Below are positions 1 through 9,476 of a stretch of DNA of 64,000 nucleotides, in pieces. Location: positions 7,183-71,182 of the forward strand of contig WLJX01000005.1 in assembly GCA_009701575.1 (NCBI GenBank), in the 5' to 3' direction. The notes below the pieces were generated by a model that had not been told where the DNA came from, searched no databases, and saw only the letters and a program-made list of their open reading frames with translations. This DNA comes from Actinomycetota bacterium. Its GTDB lineage: Bacteria > Actinomycetota > Actinomycetes > Nanopelagicales > Nanopelagicaceae. Made by a program: the position numbers and the translations under genes. Numbering within the stretch: the first letter of the stretch is position 1; each line of letters starts with the position of its first letter.

Positions 1-3000
1 TTTAATATGAGTATTTCGTCAACGAGTGGCAACGCACCTAAAACAGTTAGCTTTAAAAATTTATTTACTGGAGACGCAATTCCAGAGAATGGGGATGGTT
101 CGTATCACTTTAGATTAATGAAAACTTCATTTAAATATGAGATCGTCGACCCAGTAGAAAGAAAACCGACCCAGGCTTACCTATCCGTTTGTCCCGATTT
201 AGACAATCTTAATGATTGTCGAGGTTTGACAGGGAAAAATGGTCGAGTTGGTTTGCCCGTTGGCGAATGGAAAATTCGCGTAATGACGCAAGCTGCTGGT
301 AATACATTTGCAGCTCAGGATTACACCGCCGTTGTAACCGAAAGCGGTACGGCAACACAATTTTTCTACGGATATCCAAAGACTTCTACGGCTGCGATTT
401 TCGATATCCCATCACAACAATGGAAATTGAACTTGGCACTGCCAAACTTCATCGGGAACATTAAAGGCCCTAATGGCCCTATTACGTTAACGAATCAAAA
501 CCAAGGCCAAGGATTTATTATAAATAGGATGAAGAAAGTTGGTGACAATTTTCAATACCTGCAAGATGGCCGTTGGTCAGGTGATTCATTTGGAATTTCG
601 TTTACCGAAACAGGAACTTACTTACTTGAAGTTACACCTCGTGGAGTTCCAGGATTCACGAAGACTAGAAGTAAAGAGATAGTTGTAACTCAAACTGTTG
701 GCGGTGCATTCAATGTCTCATATGACGGCGGAGCTGCGGCGGCATCAGTAACAGAGGAAATAGTTTTATTAGTTCCAAATCTGCGCATGATTATCAAAAA
801 TCCAGTTGATAATTCTTTATTAAATTACGGCTGGGTTGGAATCCAATCAGTAGGTGAATTCGGAAATGATAGTTGGGTTGGGAATGCTGACATCGATCCT
901 TCCGCACCAGGGCTAACTTCAGCACAATTAAGTCCAGGTACTTACCGTTTGCGCGTTAATCCTCCCGGAGGTTCAGTCTCTATTCCTGGTTTGGCCCTAA
1001 GGATTTACACCGCAGTCATTAGAGATACTGAGCCAAAGATAAGTATTTATAAGGGCACCGATACTTCTACTCCAGTTTTGGCAAACAGCGACGGCGATTA
1101 TGTATTGAGTGTTGGCAAAGCAAACGTCACAGGAAAATTTGTAGATGCTAATGACATCGGTGTTGGGTCAGGAAGCAACAATAAATGGGTGAATGTATGC
1201 CTTCAGTCCCTTATGGCAAATGGTGTTGATTGGAATTATTTAAACTGCTCTAACACTGCAGGAGATGGAAGTTTTTCAATCACAGTTACAGACCCCGGTA
1301 CTTATCGGGTCTTGTTTGAGCCACAAGGAAGAACTGATGTAACTACAACAACAACTGAAAGTTTTGTAGTCCCTGATCCGGTGGGCGAATTCACCAAGGC
1401 ATTTGGAAACGTTAAGTCAAAGGCGCCAACAATCAAGGTCAAGGTTCGCGAAGCAGTCGGAACCACTGATCTACAAAATGCGGGAATTGAAATCCGAAAG
1501 AACGACCAGTTCCTTTATTGGGCAAATACCGGACCCAGCGCAGTTACGGCAATAAGTTTGCCATCAGCAGGCGATTATAAATTTATAGTTCACCGTCCAA
1601 ATAATGGCACCGCTTCGCTAGCAACGAATAAAACTTATTCTGTTACAGCAATCTCGACTGATGGAAATATATCTGTAAGTAAAATCAATGGCGAAACCCT
1701 TACGGTCGACGCCTCTGGAATCACAACTCTCAGACTCGGTACTGCGACTTTGAGTGGTTATGTCTATGCGCCAGGTGACACAAGTACCGCACTACCGAAT
1801 TCCTTTGTTGTTGCAACAGATGTATTAACAGGGCAACAACTTTGGCAAAATGGAGCTAACACCGATCAAAATGGTTTCTGGGCAATGTCACTTCCCGCCG
1901 GAAGCTACACAATTCTTGCGCAAACCCCTTGGGGATCGGCGGCTTATGGAAATTCAAATCCAATCGGCGACGTCGCCGTTAATGAGGCCGGAGAAGTCAC
2001 GCTTTCAGGGGCGGCCGAAGCACTTTCAACTTCAGCCTTTAATATTAATCTTAAGAATCCTCGATGGTCTGGAACAGTAAAAGACCCAACCGGAACAACC
2101 GGTATGTCGAACACCCGAGTTTGCCTAAACTCTGTGACTGCCGCGGGAGTTCAATCCTGGACTTGTTCTCAGACTAATTTAAATGGTCAATGGTCGATGT
2201 CAGAACCTGCTGGCTTTAATGATTTTGATGAAGCGTCATCAATATCAGAACTTCAGATAGCTGAGAATCAAAATCCTCGTTATTCGATGTCCGTTTTCCG
2301 CGGCAAGACTGCTATTGAGGCCACTGGATTTGTGAAACTTGGCGCCGAGAATATTGCACTCACATTAGCGGCTCCGAATTTATCAATCACCGTAACAGCC
2401 AATGGTGAAGGCGTTCCAAACATGTGGGTGAATTTAAGTGACCCTGTAACAGGTATGTGGCTTGGCGCATCAGGCACTAGTTCTTCAGGAGTTGCTGGAT
2501 TCAGCGTAGATCTTGCAGGACCAATAAAAGACAATGGTTTCCGCGTTCAAGTTAATACTCAGAACAACTCGGAAATTTCAGCGAGCTACGCGTCAACAAC
2601 GAAAACTTTCGCTAATGACGTCGTAACCGGCGATTCAGTAACTGTGACTGTCCCACTAGCAACTCCAAATATTCGTGGAATTCTTACTGACCCTGTTACA
2701 AGTTCACCTGTGCCAAACTCTTGGATTGAATTGTTCGACTTCACAAATGGCATGTGGCTTGGTGGTTCAAATACAGATAGCAATGGTTACTTCTCAATGA
2801 ATGCGCCTGGAAATACTTCTGGCCCAACAAAATACAATGTGACCGCCAATCCGGGTTATAACTCGACCAGCAACGCGAGTAGGAATGTTTATGAAGCTGA
2901 AGTAAATGAAGCAGGAACTGTTACTTCATTTATAAATTCGAGAACACTCGTTGCTCCAACTACTACTACTTACCTCAGCGCCCCCGCCTACCAAATTTCA

Positions 3001-4611
3001 CTTTCCCCAGCATCCGTAACCGGAGTTGTGAAGGATCCGTCAGGCAATGCGGTTATAAACAATTGGGTGGTTCCATTCGACGCAACAAATAATTGGCAAC
3101 TTTGGCAAAATGGTTCAAATACAAAGACGGGTGGCCGTTTCAGCATGGCGTTACCTGATGGTGATTATCGAGTTCAAGCCAATGCCCCATGGGGATCATC
3201 CACTTATGCGGCTTCCGCGATGTGCCCAATAACAATTTCTGCAAATGCTCTCGCGACCCCAACTAATACAACTAGTTGCATTAAAGGCACCGCAGGCAAT
3301 CACACACTTGAATTAACTCTTCGTGGACCAAACTTAACAATGACTGTAAATAAGCCAAATGGCGACCCACTACCGTTTGCAAATGTTGGTGTTGCCCTCG
3401 GAAATTGGAATACCTGGGCACAAACTGATTCATTAGGTCGCGCTTCGCTATTTGTTGATCCAGCCCAAATCTTGCTACTCAATAAAAATTTCACAGCAGC
3501 GATGTACAGTCTCTATCTTTGGATTGATCCACAATACGGAACAAGTGATGTTGTGAGATTGAGCTGTTCATCTCTTCAAGCAAACACACAATGTGAAAGT
3601 TTGAACCAGGTTGATTTAACCGACCTACTTGCTCCTGCTGAATACACGACTCCTGCCACAACATTTACTTTGCAGGCACCGAACACACGAGTCACAGTAA
3701 AGATTCCAGACGGCTCAGCGACAGCACGTGCGGGCAGTTGGGTAAATCTTTATAAAACTAATGGCGGTTGGCAGTGGCTGGGTGCCAGCGGAACGAATTC
3801 ATCAGGCGTTGCAAGTTTCAATCTTGAAGTTGACACGGCCACCACTGTTTTTTCAGTTCAAATTGACGCACCTTGGGATCAAAAATCAATCTATTCTGGT
3901 GCAACCTATGAAAATCTAACATGGGATGAAGTGATTAGCATCGTAGGTTTCCGACTAAAGAGCCCTAACTTGAAACTCACAGTTAAAAACAACGCTGGTA
4001 CAAAACCAGCAAATACTTCTTGGGTTTCTGCTGAAGTACTAAATAGTGACAATAATCCAATTAAATGGTTGGGCGGAACCGGATTAGATAGAAATGGTTC
4101 AGCCAGCTTTACACTCCCAGATACGATTAATGGTGAAAAGATAAAAATTACTGCTCATCCTGGATCAGAAATAGGTGTTGACACTGTTTGTATTTTGACT
4201 GTCGATGCTAATGTCGCGACAGCAGATCCTGTCCTTTGTCCTGGCTCTGTGGATACCGCTACCGCGCTTACATTTGATTTGGCACTCGGAAATATAAGAG
4301 GCTTAGTTACAGCGGTCATAGATAGTGCAACAGTAGGAGTTGCTGGTGCGATTGTTTATGCAAATCAGATAGTTGCAGGCGTTAAATCGACTGATGCAGC
4401 AACCGAAAAAATCACTTCTACAGGCCCAGATGGTCGCTATGACCTAGACCTAGACCCAGCCTTTGATTGGTACATCATAATTTCGGCGATTAATACGCCT
4501 TCAGATGTTGAAAATGGCACAGAGCTTGATTCTGCAATAATTGAGTTAGTTGAACCAGAACTAGTGGGGCAAAAGAACTATCCTGCAACGCTAAACAAGA
4601 TTACGAGTTAA
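1..4611 (+). CDS. Very large surface protein with tandem carboxypeptidase-regulatory-like / Cna-B-type beta-sandwich repeats (probably 5'-truncated by the window edge)
   Basis: Frame open from base 1 and no signal peptide at Met 7. About a dozen ~100-aa units of the form PN/AxxxGxVxDP...W(V/I)...W(L)G..(N/G)TDxxGxF...PGxY. Confidence 0.65.
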   Translation, partial: FNMSISSTSGNAPKTVSFKNLFTGDAIPENGDGSYHFRLMKTSFKYEIVDPVERKPTQAYLSVCPDLDNLNDCRGLTGKNGRVGLPVGEWKIRVMTQAAGNTFAAQDYTAVVTESGTATQFFYGYPKTSTAAIFDIPSQQWKLNLALPNFIGNIKGPNGPITLTNQNQGQGFIINRMKKVGDNFQYLQDGRWSGDSFGISFTETGTYLLEVTPRGVPGFTKTRSKEIVVTQTVGGAFNVSYDGGAAAASVTEEIVLLVPNLRMIIKNPVDNSLLNYGWVGIQSVGEFGNDSWVGNADIDPSAPGLTSAQLSPGTYRLRVNPPGGSVSIPGLALRIYTAVIRDTEPKISIYKGTDTSTPVLANSDGDYVLSVGKANVTGKFVDANDIGVGSGSNNKWVNVCLQSLMANGVDWNYLNCSNTAGDGSFSITVTDPGTYRVLFEPQGRTDVTTTTTESFVVPDPVGEFTKAFGNVKSKAPTIKVKVREAVGTTDLQNAGIEIRKNDQFLYWANTGPSAVTAISLPSAGDYKFIVHRPNNGTASLATNKTYSVTAISTDGNISVSKINGETLTVDASGITTLRLGTATLSGYVYAPGDTSTALPNSFVVATDVLTGQQLWQNGANTDQNGFWAMSLPAGSYTILAQTPWGSAAYGNSNPIGDVAVNEAGEVTLSGAAEALSTSAFNINLKNPRWSGTVKDPTGTTGMSNTRVCLNSVTAAGVQSWTCSQTNLNGQWSMSEPAGFNDFDEASSISELQIAENQNPRYSMSVFRGKTAIEATGFVKLGAENIALTLAAPNLSITVTANGEGVPNMWVNLSDPVTGMWLGASGTSSSGVAGFSVDLAGPIKDNGFRVQVNTQNNSEISASYASTTKTFANDVVTGDSVTVTVPLATPNIRGILTDPVTSSPVPNSWIELFDFTNGMWLGGSNTDSNGYFSMNAPGNTSGPTKYNVTANPGYNSTSNASRNVYEAEVNEAGTVTSFINSRTLVAPTTTTYLSAPAYQISLSPASVTGVVKDPSGNAVINNWVVPFDATNNWQLWQNGSNTKTGGRFSMALPDGDYRVQANAPWGSSTYAASAMCPITISANALATPTNTTSCIKGTAGNHTLELTLRGPNLTMTVNKPNGDPLPFANVGVALGNWNTWAQTDSLGRASLFVDPAQILLLNKNFTAAMYSLYLWIDPQYGTSDVVRLSCSSLQANTQCESLNQVDLTDLLAPAEYTTPATTFTLQAPNTRVTVKIPDGSATARAGSWVNLYKTNGGWQWLGASGTNSSGVASFNLEVDTATTVFSVQIDAPWDQKSIYSGATYENLTWDEVISIVGFRLKSPNLKLTVKNNAGTKPANTSWVSAEVLNSDNNPIKWLGGTGLDRNGSASFTLPDTINGEKIKITAHPGSEIGVDTVCILTVDANVATADPVLCPGSVDTATALTFDLALGNIRGLVTAVIDSATVGVAGAIVYANQIVAGVKSTDAATEKITSTGPDGRYDLDLDPAFDWYIIISAINTPSDVENGTELDSAIIELVEPELVGQKNYPATLNKITS

Positions 4612-4617
4612 TTAATC

Positions 4618-6477
4618 TTGAGCAAAAAATTAAAAACCTATGGAATTTTGTTTTCTTTTGTAATTGCATTGATCCCATCAATAAGTTTTGCTGCTCCAGC
4701 AACGCCAGTTATCGAAAAAATAGTTAGCACTTCTGCCGCAGGTTCACTTGTTAACGAAGCATCAGTCGAGCTATCGGGCACCAAGCCAGTTGGCAGAATT
4801 AGCTACACAGTTACTGCAACCCCAAAACTTCCAAACGATAAAATTACAGTTTTACCCTCCGATTCAGCTACCTCTTGGAATATTCCCGTAACTGGATTAA
4901 CGGCTGGAGTCCAATACCTATTCGTGGTCACTGCAGCATTTATTTCAGATCCTGCGAATTCAAGTAGCTCGGAGTTCAAAGATTTTACTCCACAATCCGT
5001 TCCTGATGCCCCAACTGGTTCAATTGCGGAAGCAGGCCAAGAATCTGTGAAATTAGTTTGGTCGCCCCCAGCAAACATACGTGGTTCAGCGCTTACAGGA
5101 TTCACAATTACAGATGGCGCAAAGACTTATACTGCTGCGTCAACAGATACAACGACAACAATTCTGAATTTAACTCAAAGAACTAAGTACACCTTCACAA
5201 TCACCGCAGATAATGCGATTGGTTCTTCAAGTGTCGCGACATTTAATGAAGTTTCAGTAACTGGTAAGCCATCAGCACCAGGAAAGCCAACAATCGTCTT
5301 AGATGGTTCAAACCTAAAGGTCACTTGGACAGCCCCAACCGATGCAGGACTTGGGACTGTAGGTTTCTACAGAGTTACCGCTACACCGACAAGCGGTACT
5401 CCATTAACTAAAGATATAACTGGTGCTACTACTGCCACCTTTACGAGCATTCCATCAAATACCTGGACGGCCACGGTCATTGCAAATAACGGCTTTTACT
5501 ACAGTGATGCATCTACAGCATCAGATCCACTTACTACTCTTGCAAGTCAAACCATAGATTTTGCTGAAATCGGGGCGCAAAGTTACCCGGGCAGTCTCAC
5601 GGTTTCTGCAACCGCAACATCTGGTCTTACCGTCACATTTAGCGCTTCTGGTAATTGCACACTTTCAAATTTACGAACCGTTACATTCACAAGTGGCGGA
5701 AGTTGCACAGTAACCGCTTCGCAAGCAGGAAATACAACTTATAATCCAGCAACATCAGTGGAAAGAACATTTGCAATTTCTGGTGGCGGAGGTGGCGGAG
5801 GTTTCGGTGGCGGCGGCGGTGGCGGTGGAGATGCACCTCCTTCTCCTCCTCCAACTCCAATCGCAGTGCCTAGTTTCTCACCCGACCAAAAAGTTCCTAC
5901 TCCGGTAGAAACACCTACTCCCGTTAGCTCTTCCAAACCTGTACCAACACCTGCACCTTCTGCATCGTCAAGTGCGGGTAATTCCAAACCTAAGACTTCA
6001 AGTTATTTCCAGTTGACTGATACTGGAGCGAAGCCAAGTGTCAAAGTAAAGATCACTTCAAATAACCAAACAATTGTTGCGAAGAAGAGCAAAACTATTC
6101 AAATAACTCTTCCTAATATCCCAAAGGGCGTTACCTTTAAATCAACAGTCAAAACTCCTGATGGAAAAACATTTACCCTTAAATCCACCAAGACTAAAAA
6201 AGCAGGGGATATCACTATTCCAACAGTGAGTTTCAAGAAGGCCGGAACTTACAAGATTCTTGTTACATATGGAAAAGTAACTAAGACGATCACAATTAAA
6301 ATAAGTGAAGAGCCTAAGAAGGCAACGCCGGTTAAGAAACCAACTGCGCCAACCCCCACACCTTCAGCCAAGAAATCAAAAGCAACCGTTTTGTCCATTG
6401 TGTGTACGAATGGAAAGACCACTAAGACAGTTAAAGGTACTGCCCCTACCTGTCCAAGTGGATTTAACAGGAAGTAG
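4618..6477 (+). CDS. Secreted fibronectin type III / Ig-like domain protein with Gly/Pro linker, Lys-rich domain and C-terminal two-Cys motif
   Basis: Signal peptide ending SFA-A; FN3 motifs (VPDAPT..VKLVWSPP..YTFTITADNAIG; PSAPGKP..VTWTAP); poly-Gly and Pro-rich linker; ends IVCTNGKTTKTVKGTAPTCPSGFNRK. Confidence 0.8.
   Translation: MSKKLKTYGILFSFVIALIPSISFAAPATPVIEKIVSTSAAGSLVNEASVELSGTKPVGRISYTVTATPKLPNDKITVLPSDSATSWNIPVTGLTAGVQYLFVVTAAFISDPANSSSSEFKDFTPQSVPDAPTGSIAEAGQESVKLVWSPPANIRGSALTGFTITDGAKTYTAASTDTTTTILNLTQRTKYTFTITADNAIGSSSVATFNEVSVTGKPSAPGKPTIVLDGSNLKVTWTAPTDAGLGTVGFYRVTATPTSGTPLTKDITGATTATFTSIPSNTWTATVIANNGFYYSDASTASDPLTTLASQTIDFAEIGAQSYPGSLTVSATATSGLTVTFSASGNCTLSNLRTVTFTSGGSCTVTASQAGNTTYNPATSVERTFAISGGGGGGGFGGGGGGGGDAPPSPPPTPIAVPSFSPDQKVPTPVETPTPVSSSKPVPTPAPSASSSAGNSKPKTSSYFQLTDTGAKPSVKVKITSNNQTIVAKKSKTIQITLPNIPKGVTFKSTVKTPDGKTFTLKSTKTKKAGDITIPTVSFKKAGTYKILVTYGKVTKTITIKISEEPKKATPVKKPTAPTPTPSAKKSKATVLSIVCTNGKTTKTVKGTAPTCPSGFNRK
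5781..5828 (+). repeat. GGN low-complexity tract encoding the poly-glycine linker
   Basis: ggtggcggaggtggcggaggtttcggtggcggcggcggtggcggtgga read directly. Confidence 0.7.
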
Positions 6478-6519
6478 CCCGCACTAGTATTCAAATAATA
6501 AAGTGTGTAACCTTTTTCT

Positions 6520-7329
6520 ATGAATGAAATCCCAAATGAGCCCTCGCTTGAAGAGAGATTTAGCTTTGGAAAGAACTGGGAAAAGTTTATTAATGACAAT
6601 TTTAGTGAAGAAAGAATTAGTGGCTCCTTAAAGGCGTTTACTGAATTCACAAAATTAGAAACTCTAAATGGTTTATCTGTAATTGATGTTGGGTGTGGAA
6701 GTGGGCTTCATTCACTTGTTTTTTCAAGGATGAATGCAAAGTCTCTATATAGTTTCGATTTTGATCCTAAATCTGTTGCCATTACTCAAAGTCTCAAGAA
6801 ATACTCCGACCTGAATTCTTGGGAGGTCCGGCAAGCTTCAATTTTAGATGAAGAACTTATGCAAAGTTTAGGAAAATTTGACTTTGTATACTCTTGGGGA
6901 GTTTTACATCATACGGGTTCTGTTTGGAAGGCAATTACAAATACTTGCGAATTGGTGAATCCGAAAGGCCAACTATTTATTGCTTTGTATTCAAGAGATG
7001 TTCAGCCTAAAGCAGATTACTGGTTGAAGATAAAGAAGCGATACGTATCGTCAAGCGCCCCGGTTAAGTTTTTTATGGAGTTGAGGTATCTAATTCGTTA
7101 CCAATTAATACCATCAGTCATTTCTTTTAATTTCAAGAGCCTGAAAAAGCGTTCCTCTAGAGCTCGTGGAATGGATTTAATGACAGATGTTCGAGATTGG
7201 CTAGGAGGATGGCCAATGGAATTTGTATATGATCAAGAAGTGATTAATTATGTGGAAGCGAAAGGTTTCAAACTTAAAAAGATAAGTACAGGAGAAGCTT
7301 GCACGGAATTTCTGTTTGATAAAATATAG
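6520..7329 (+). CDS. Class I SAM-dependent methyltransferase
   Basis: Motif I VIDVGCGSG, FDFD, FDFVYSWGVLHHTG; AT-rich. Confidence 0.85.
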   Translation: MNEIPNEPSLEERFSFGKNWEKFINDNFSEERISGSLKAFTEFTKLETLNGLSVIDVGCGSGLHSLVFSRMNAKSLYSFDFDPKSVAITQSLKKYSDLNSWEVRQASILDEELMQSLGKFDFVYSWGVLHHTGSVWKAITNTCELVNPKGQLFIALYSRDVQPKADYWLKIKKRYVSSSAPVKFFMELRYLIRYQLIPSVISFNFKSLKKRSSRARGMDLMTDVRDWLGGWPMEFVYDQEVINYVEAKGFKLKKISTGEACTEFLFDKI

Positions 7330-7395
7330 AATTTTTAGCCGTCCGGCACCATCAATTTCTTATAGTAGATTGTCCGCTTGGAATGGAGCCATCAA

Positions 7396-7509
7396 ATGTG
7401 TTCGAAAGTTATTTGTGAAATTTGTAAGAAACCAACTTGGTCTGGTTGCGGTGAACATATTGAAGAAGCACTCGAAGGCGTTGCGTTAGAAGACCGCTGT
7501 GCCTGCTGA
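7396..7509 (+). CDS. Small Cys-rich protein (37 aa), below the ORF-track cutoff
   Basis: GGAG at 7385-7388, ATG at 7396; MCSKVICEICKKPTWSGCGEHIEEALEGVALEDRCAC*; overlaps the next start by 11 nt. Confidence 0.65.
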   Translation: MCSKVICEICKKPTWSGCGEHIEEALEGVALEDRCAC

Positions 7510-8824
7510 TCGCACCTGGCTTGCACCCCAAAGCCAAGTGGTTGTGCAGAGCGTTCTAGCCAAGTATAAAACTCTTGATCCAAGTGGTATCCAAAATGAA
7601 ATTGAAGCGCTCGCAAAAGAGAGCCACAAGATTCATGATATTGATTCAATAAATTTAAATCCCGCAACAAATATTTTAAACCCCCGCGCCGAAGCACTTC
7701 TATCTTCTGGAATGGGTTCACGTGCATCACTCGGACACCCTGGCGATAAATATGAAGTAGGCCTTGATGCAATTGAAAAAATTGAGGTAATAACTTCCGC
7801 ACTTGCATGTGATGTTTTTGGTGCTGAGTTCTCTGAATTCCGAGTTGGCTCTGGCGCCCTTGCAAACTTGTATGCATTTATGGCGACCTGCAAAGCCGGC
7901 GACACAATCATCGCGCCACCCGCAACAATCGGTGGCCATGTAACTCACCATGCCGATGGTGCTGCTGGACTCTATGGTTTAAAAACTGTTTCAGCCCCCG
8001 TCAATGAAGATGGTTATACCGTTGATATCGATGCACTTCGCAAATTGGCATATGAAGTAAAACCAAAGCTAATCACTATCGGCGGAAGCCTTAACTTGTT
8101 CTTCCATCCAATTAAAGAAGTTCGCGCAATTGCGGATGAAGTAGGCGCCCTTGTTCTATTTGATGCCGCGCACTTATGCGGGATGATTGCTGGAAAAGTT
8201 TGGCCACAACCGTTGGCTGAAGGCGCACACTTAATGACATTTAGTACTTATAAATCACTTGGTGGTCCAGCAGGTGGCTTAATTGTTACTAACGATCCAA
8301 AGCTTGCACATATTCTCGACGGGATTGCATATCCCGGCTTAACTGCAAACTTTGATGCCGCAAAAACTGCGGCGCTCGGTGTCACCTTGCAAGATTGGAA
8401 ATCGGTCGGCCCGGCGTACGCTCAAATGATGGTTAAAACTGCCCATAAACTCGCAACCGAAATTGCATCACGCGGTGTTGAAATATTTGCGGCTGATAGA
8501 GGATTTACAAAGTCACATCAATTCGCAATCTTGGCTAAACCATTTGGTGGTGGACAAACATCCTCAAAGAAGATTGCCCATGCCGGTTTACTTTCTTGCG
8601 GTATCGGATTACCCGGCCCAACTGTCGATGGGGATAACAACGGCCTTCGCATCGGAACCCCCGAAGTTGCCCGCATCGGTATGAAAGAAAAAGATATGCC
8701 ACAACTTGCCGACTTCATTGTTCGCGCTCTAACAACAACTGACATGGCGCCGATTGCAAAAGAGGTTAAGGAATTTCGCAAGCAATTCTCAGGCGTTCAT
8801 TACACAGTCGATTGTCCAGAATAA
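7499..8824 (+). CDS. Serine hydroxymethyltransferase-like PLP enzyme with a non-canonical active site
   Basis: SHMT-fold motifs GALANL, GGHVTH, DAAHLCGMIAG, STYKSLGGPAGG (PLP Lys), GLRIGTP. Confidence 0.8.
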   Translation: MPADRTWLAPQSQVVVQSVLAKYKTLDPSGIQNEIEALAKESHKIHDIDSINLNPATNILNPRAEALLSSGMGSRASLGHPGDKYEVGLDAIEKIEVITSALACDVFGAEFSEFRVGSGALANLYAFMATCKAGDTIIAPPATIGGHVTHHADGAAGLYGLKTVSAPVNEDGYTVDIDALRKLAYEVKPKLITIGGSLNLFFHPIKEVRAIADEVGALVLFDAAHLCGMIAGKVWPQPLAEGAHLMTFSTYKSLGGPAGGLIVTNDPKLAHILDGIAYPGLTANFDAAKTAALGVTLQDWKSVGPAYAQMMVKTAHKLATEIASRGVEIFAADRGFTKSHQFAILAKPFGGGQTSSKKIAHAGLLSCGIGLPGPTVDGDNNGLRIGTPEVARIGMKEKDMPQLADFIVRALTTTDMAPIAKEVKEFRKQFSGVHYTVDCPE

Positions 8825-8830
8825 TTTCAG

Positions 8831-9433
8831 ATGCAAATAGATTCGATTGTTACTGCCCTTGATTTAATTGCCACATTTGCCTTTGCGATTGTTGGCGCCC
8901 GAATTGCCGCAAGCAAAGGGCTTGATTACGGTGGAATCGCACTAATTGCTGCGGTGGCTTCAATTAGCGGCGGCACACTTCGAAACTTGTTTATGGGCCA
9001 ACGCCCGCCTTGGATCTTGCATTCGTGGTTATTTGCATCGATTGCAATTGCAGTTCTGATTACGATAATTGCAAAAGAGAAGAAGCCGGTCGGTCGTTTC
9101 TTAATTGGCCTCGATACCTTCGGCCTCGCGGTAGCTACGGTATCTAGCGCAAATTTTGCGGTTACTAATAACGCAAACTTTGTAAGCGTTATTGCCCTCG
9201 GTTTAATTGGTGGCGTCACTGGCGGCTTGTTGCGCGATGTCTTGTGCCAAGTCGAACCAGTTCTGCTACACCGCGAAACGATTGGTACATCTTGTTTTGC
9301 CGGGGCCTTGGTTTATGCGCTTTTAAATCAGTTCGAAGTTAACGAGCTATTCTCAGTAATTTCTGCTGGATTGGTTATTGTCGTTGTGCGCGAAATCTCT
9401 ATTAAATATGATTGGCACTTGCCCAAAATCTAG
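8831..9433 (+). CDS. Trimeric intracellular cation channel (TRIC / UPF0126) family membrane protein
   Basis: Two internal repeats, SGGTLRNL and TGGLLRDVL; LDTFGLA; about 7 hydrophobic segments. Confidence 0.85.
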   Translation: MQIDSIVTALDLIATFAFAIVGARIAASKGLDYGGIALIAAVASISGGTLRNLFMGQRPPWILHSWLFASIAIAVLITIIAKEKKPVGRFLIGLDTFGLAVATVSSANFAVTNNANFVSVIALGLIGGVTGGLLRDVLCQVEPVLLHRETIGTSCFAGALVYALLNQFEVNELFSVISAGLVIVVVREISIKYDWHLPKI

Positions 9434-9476
9434 CCAAATCCCCGATTTCACAGGTACTTGAATAGATAATAAGCAC

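Noticed and set aside
5781-5850. G-rich tract as a phase-variation or G-quadruplex switch
   Set aside because: Explained by a Gly/Pro linker with mixed synonymous codons; triplet slippage would keep the frame.
7392-7877. 161-aa minus-strand ORF and the many other short overlapping ORFs in the track
   Set aside because: They are antisense or alternate-frame shadows of well-supported genes, with no motifs or initiation signals.
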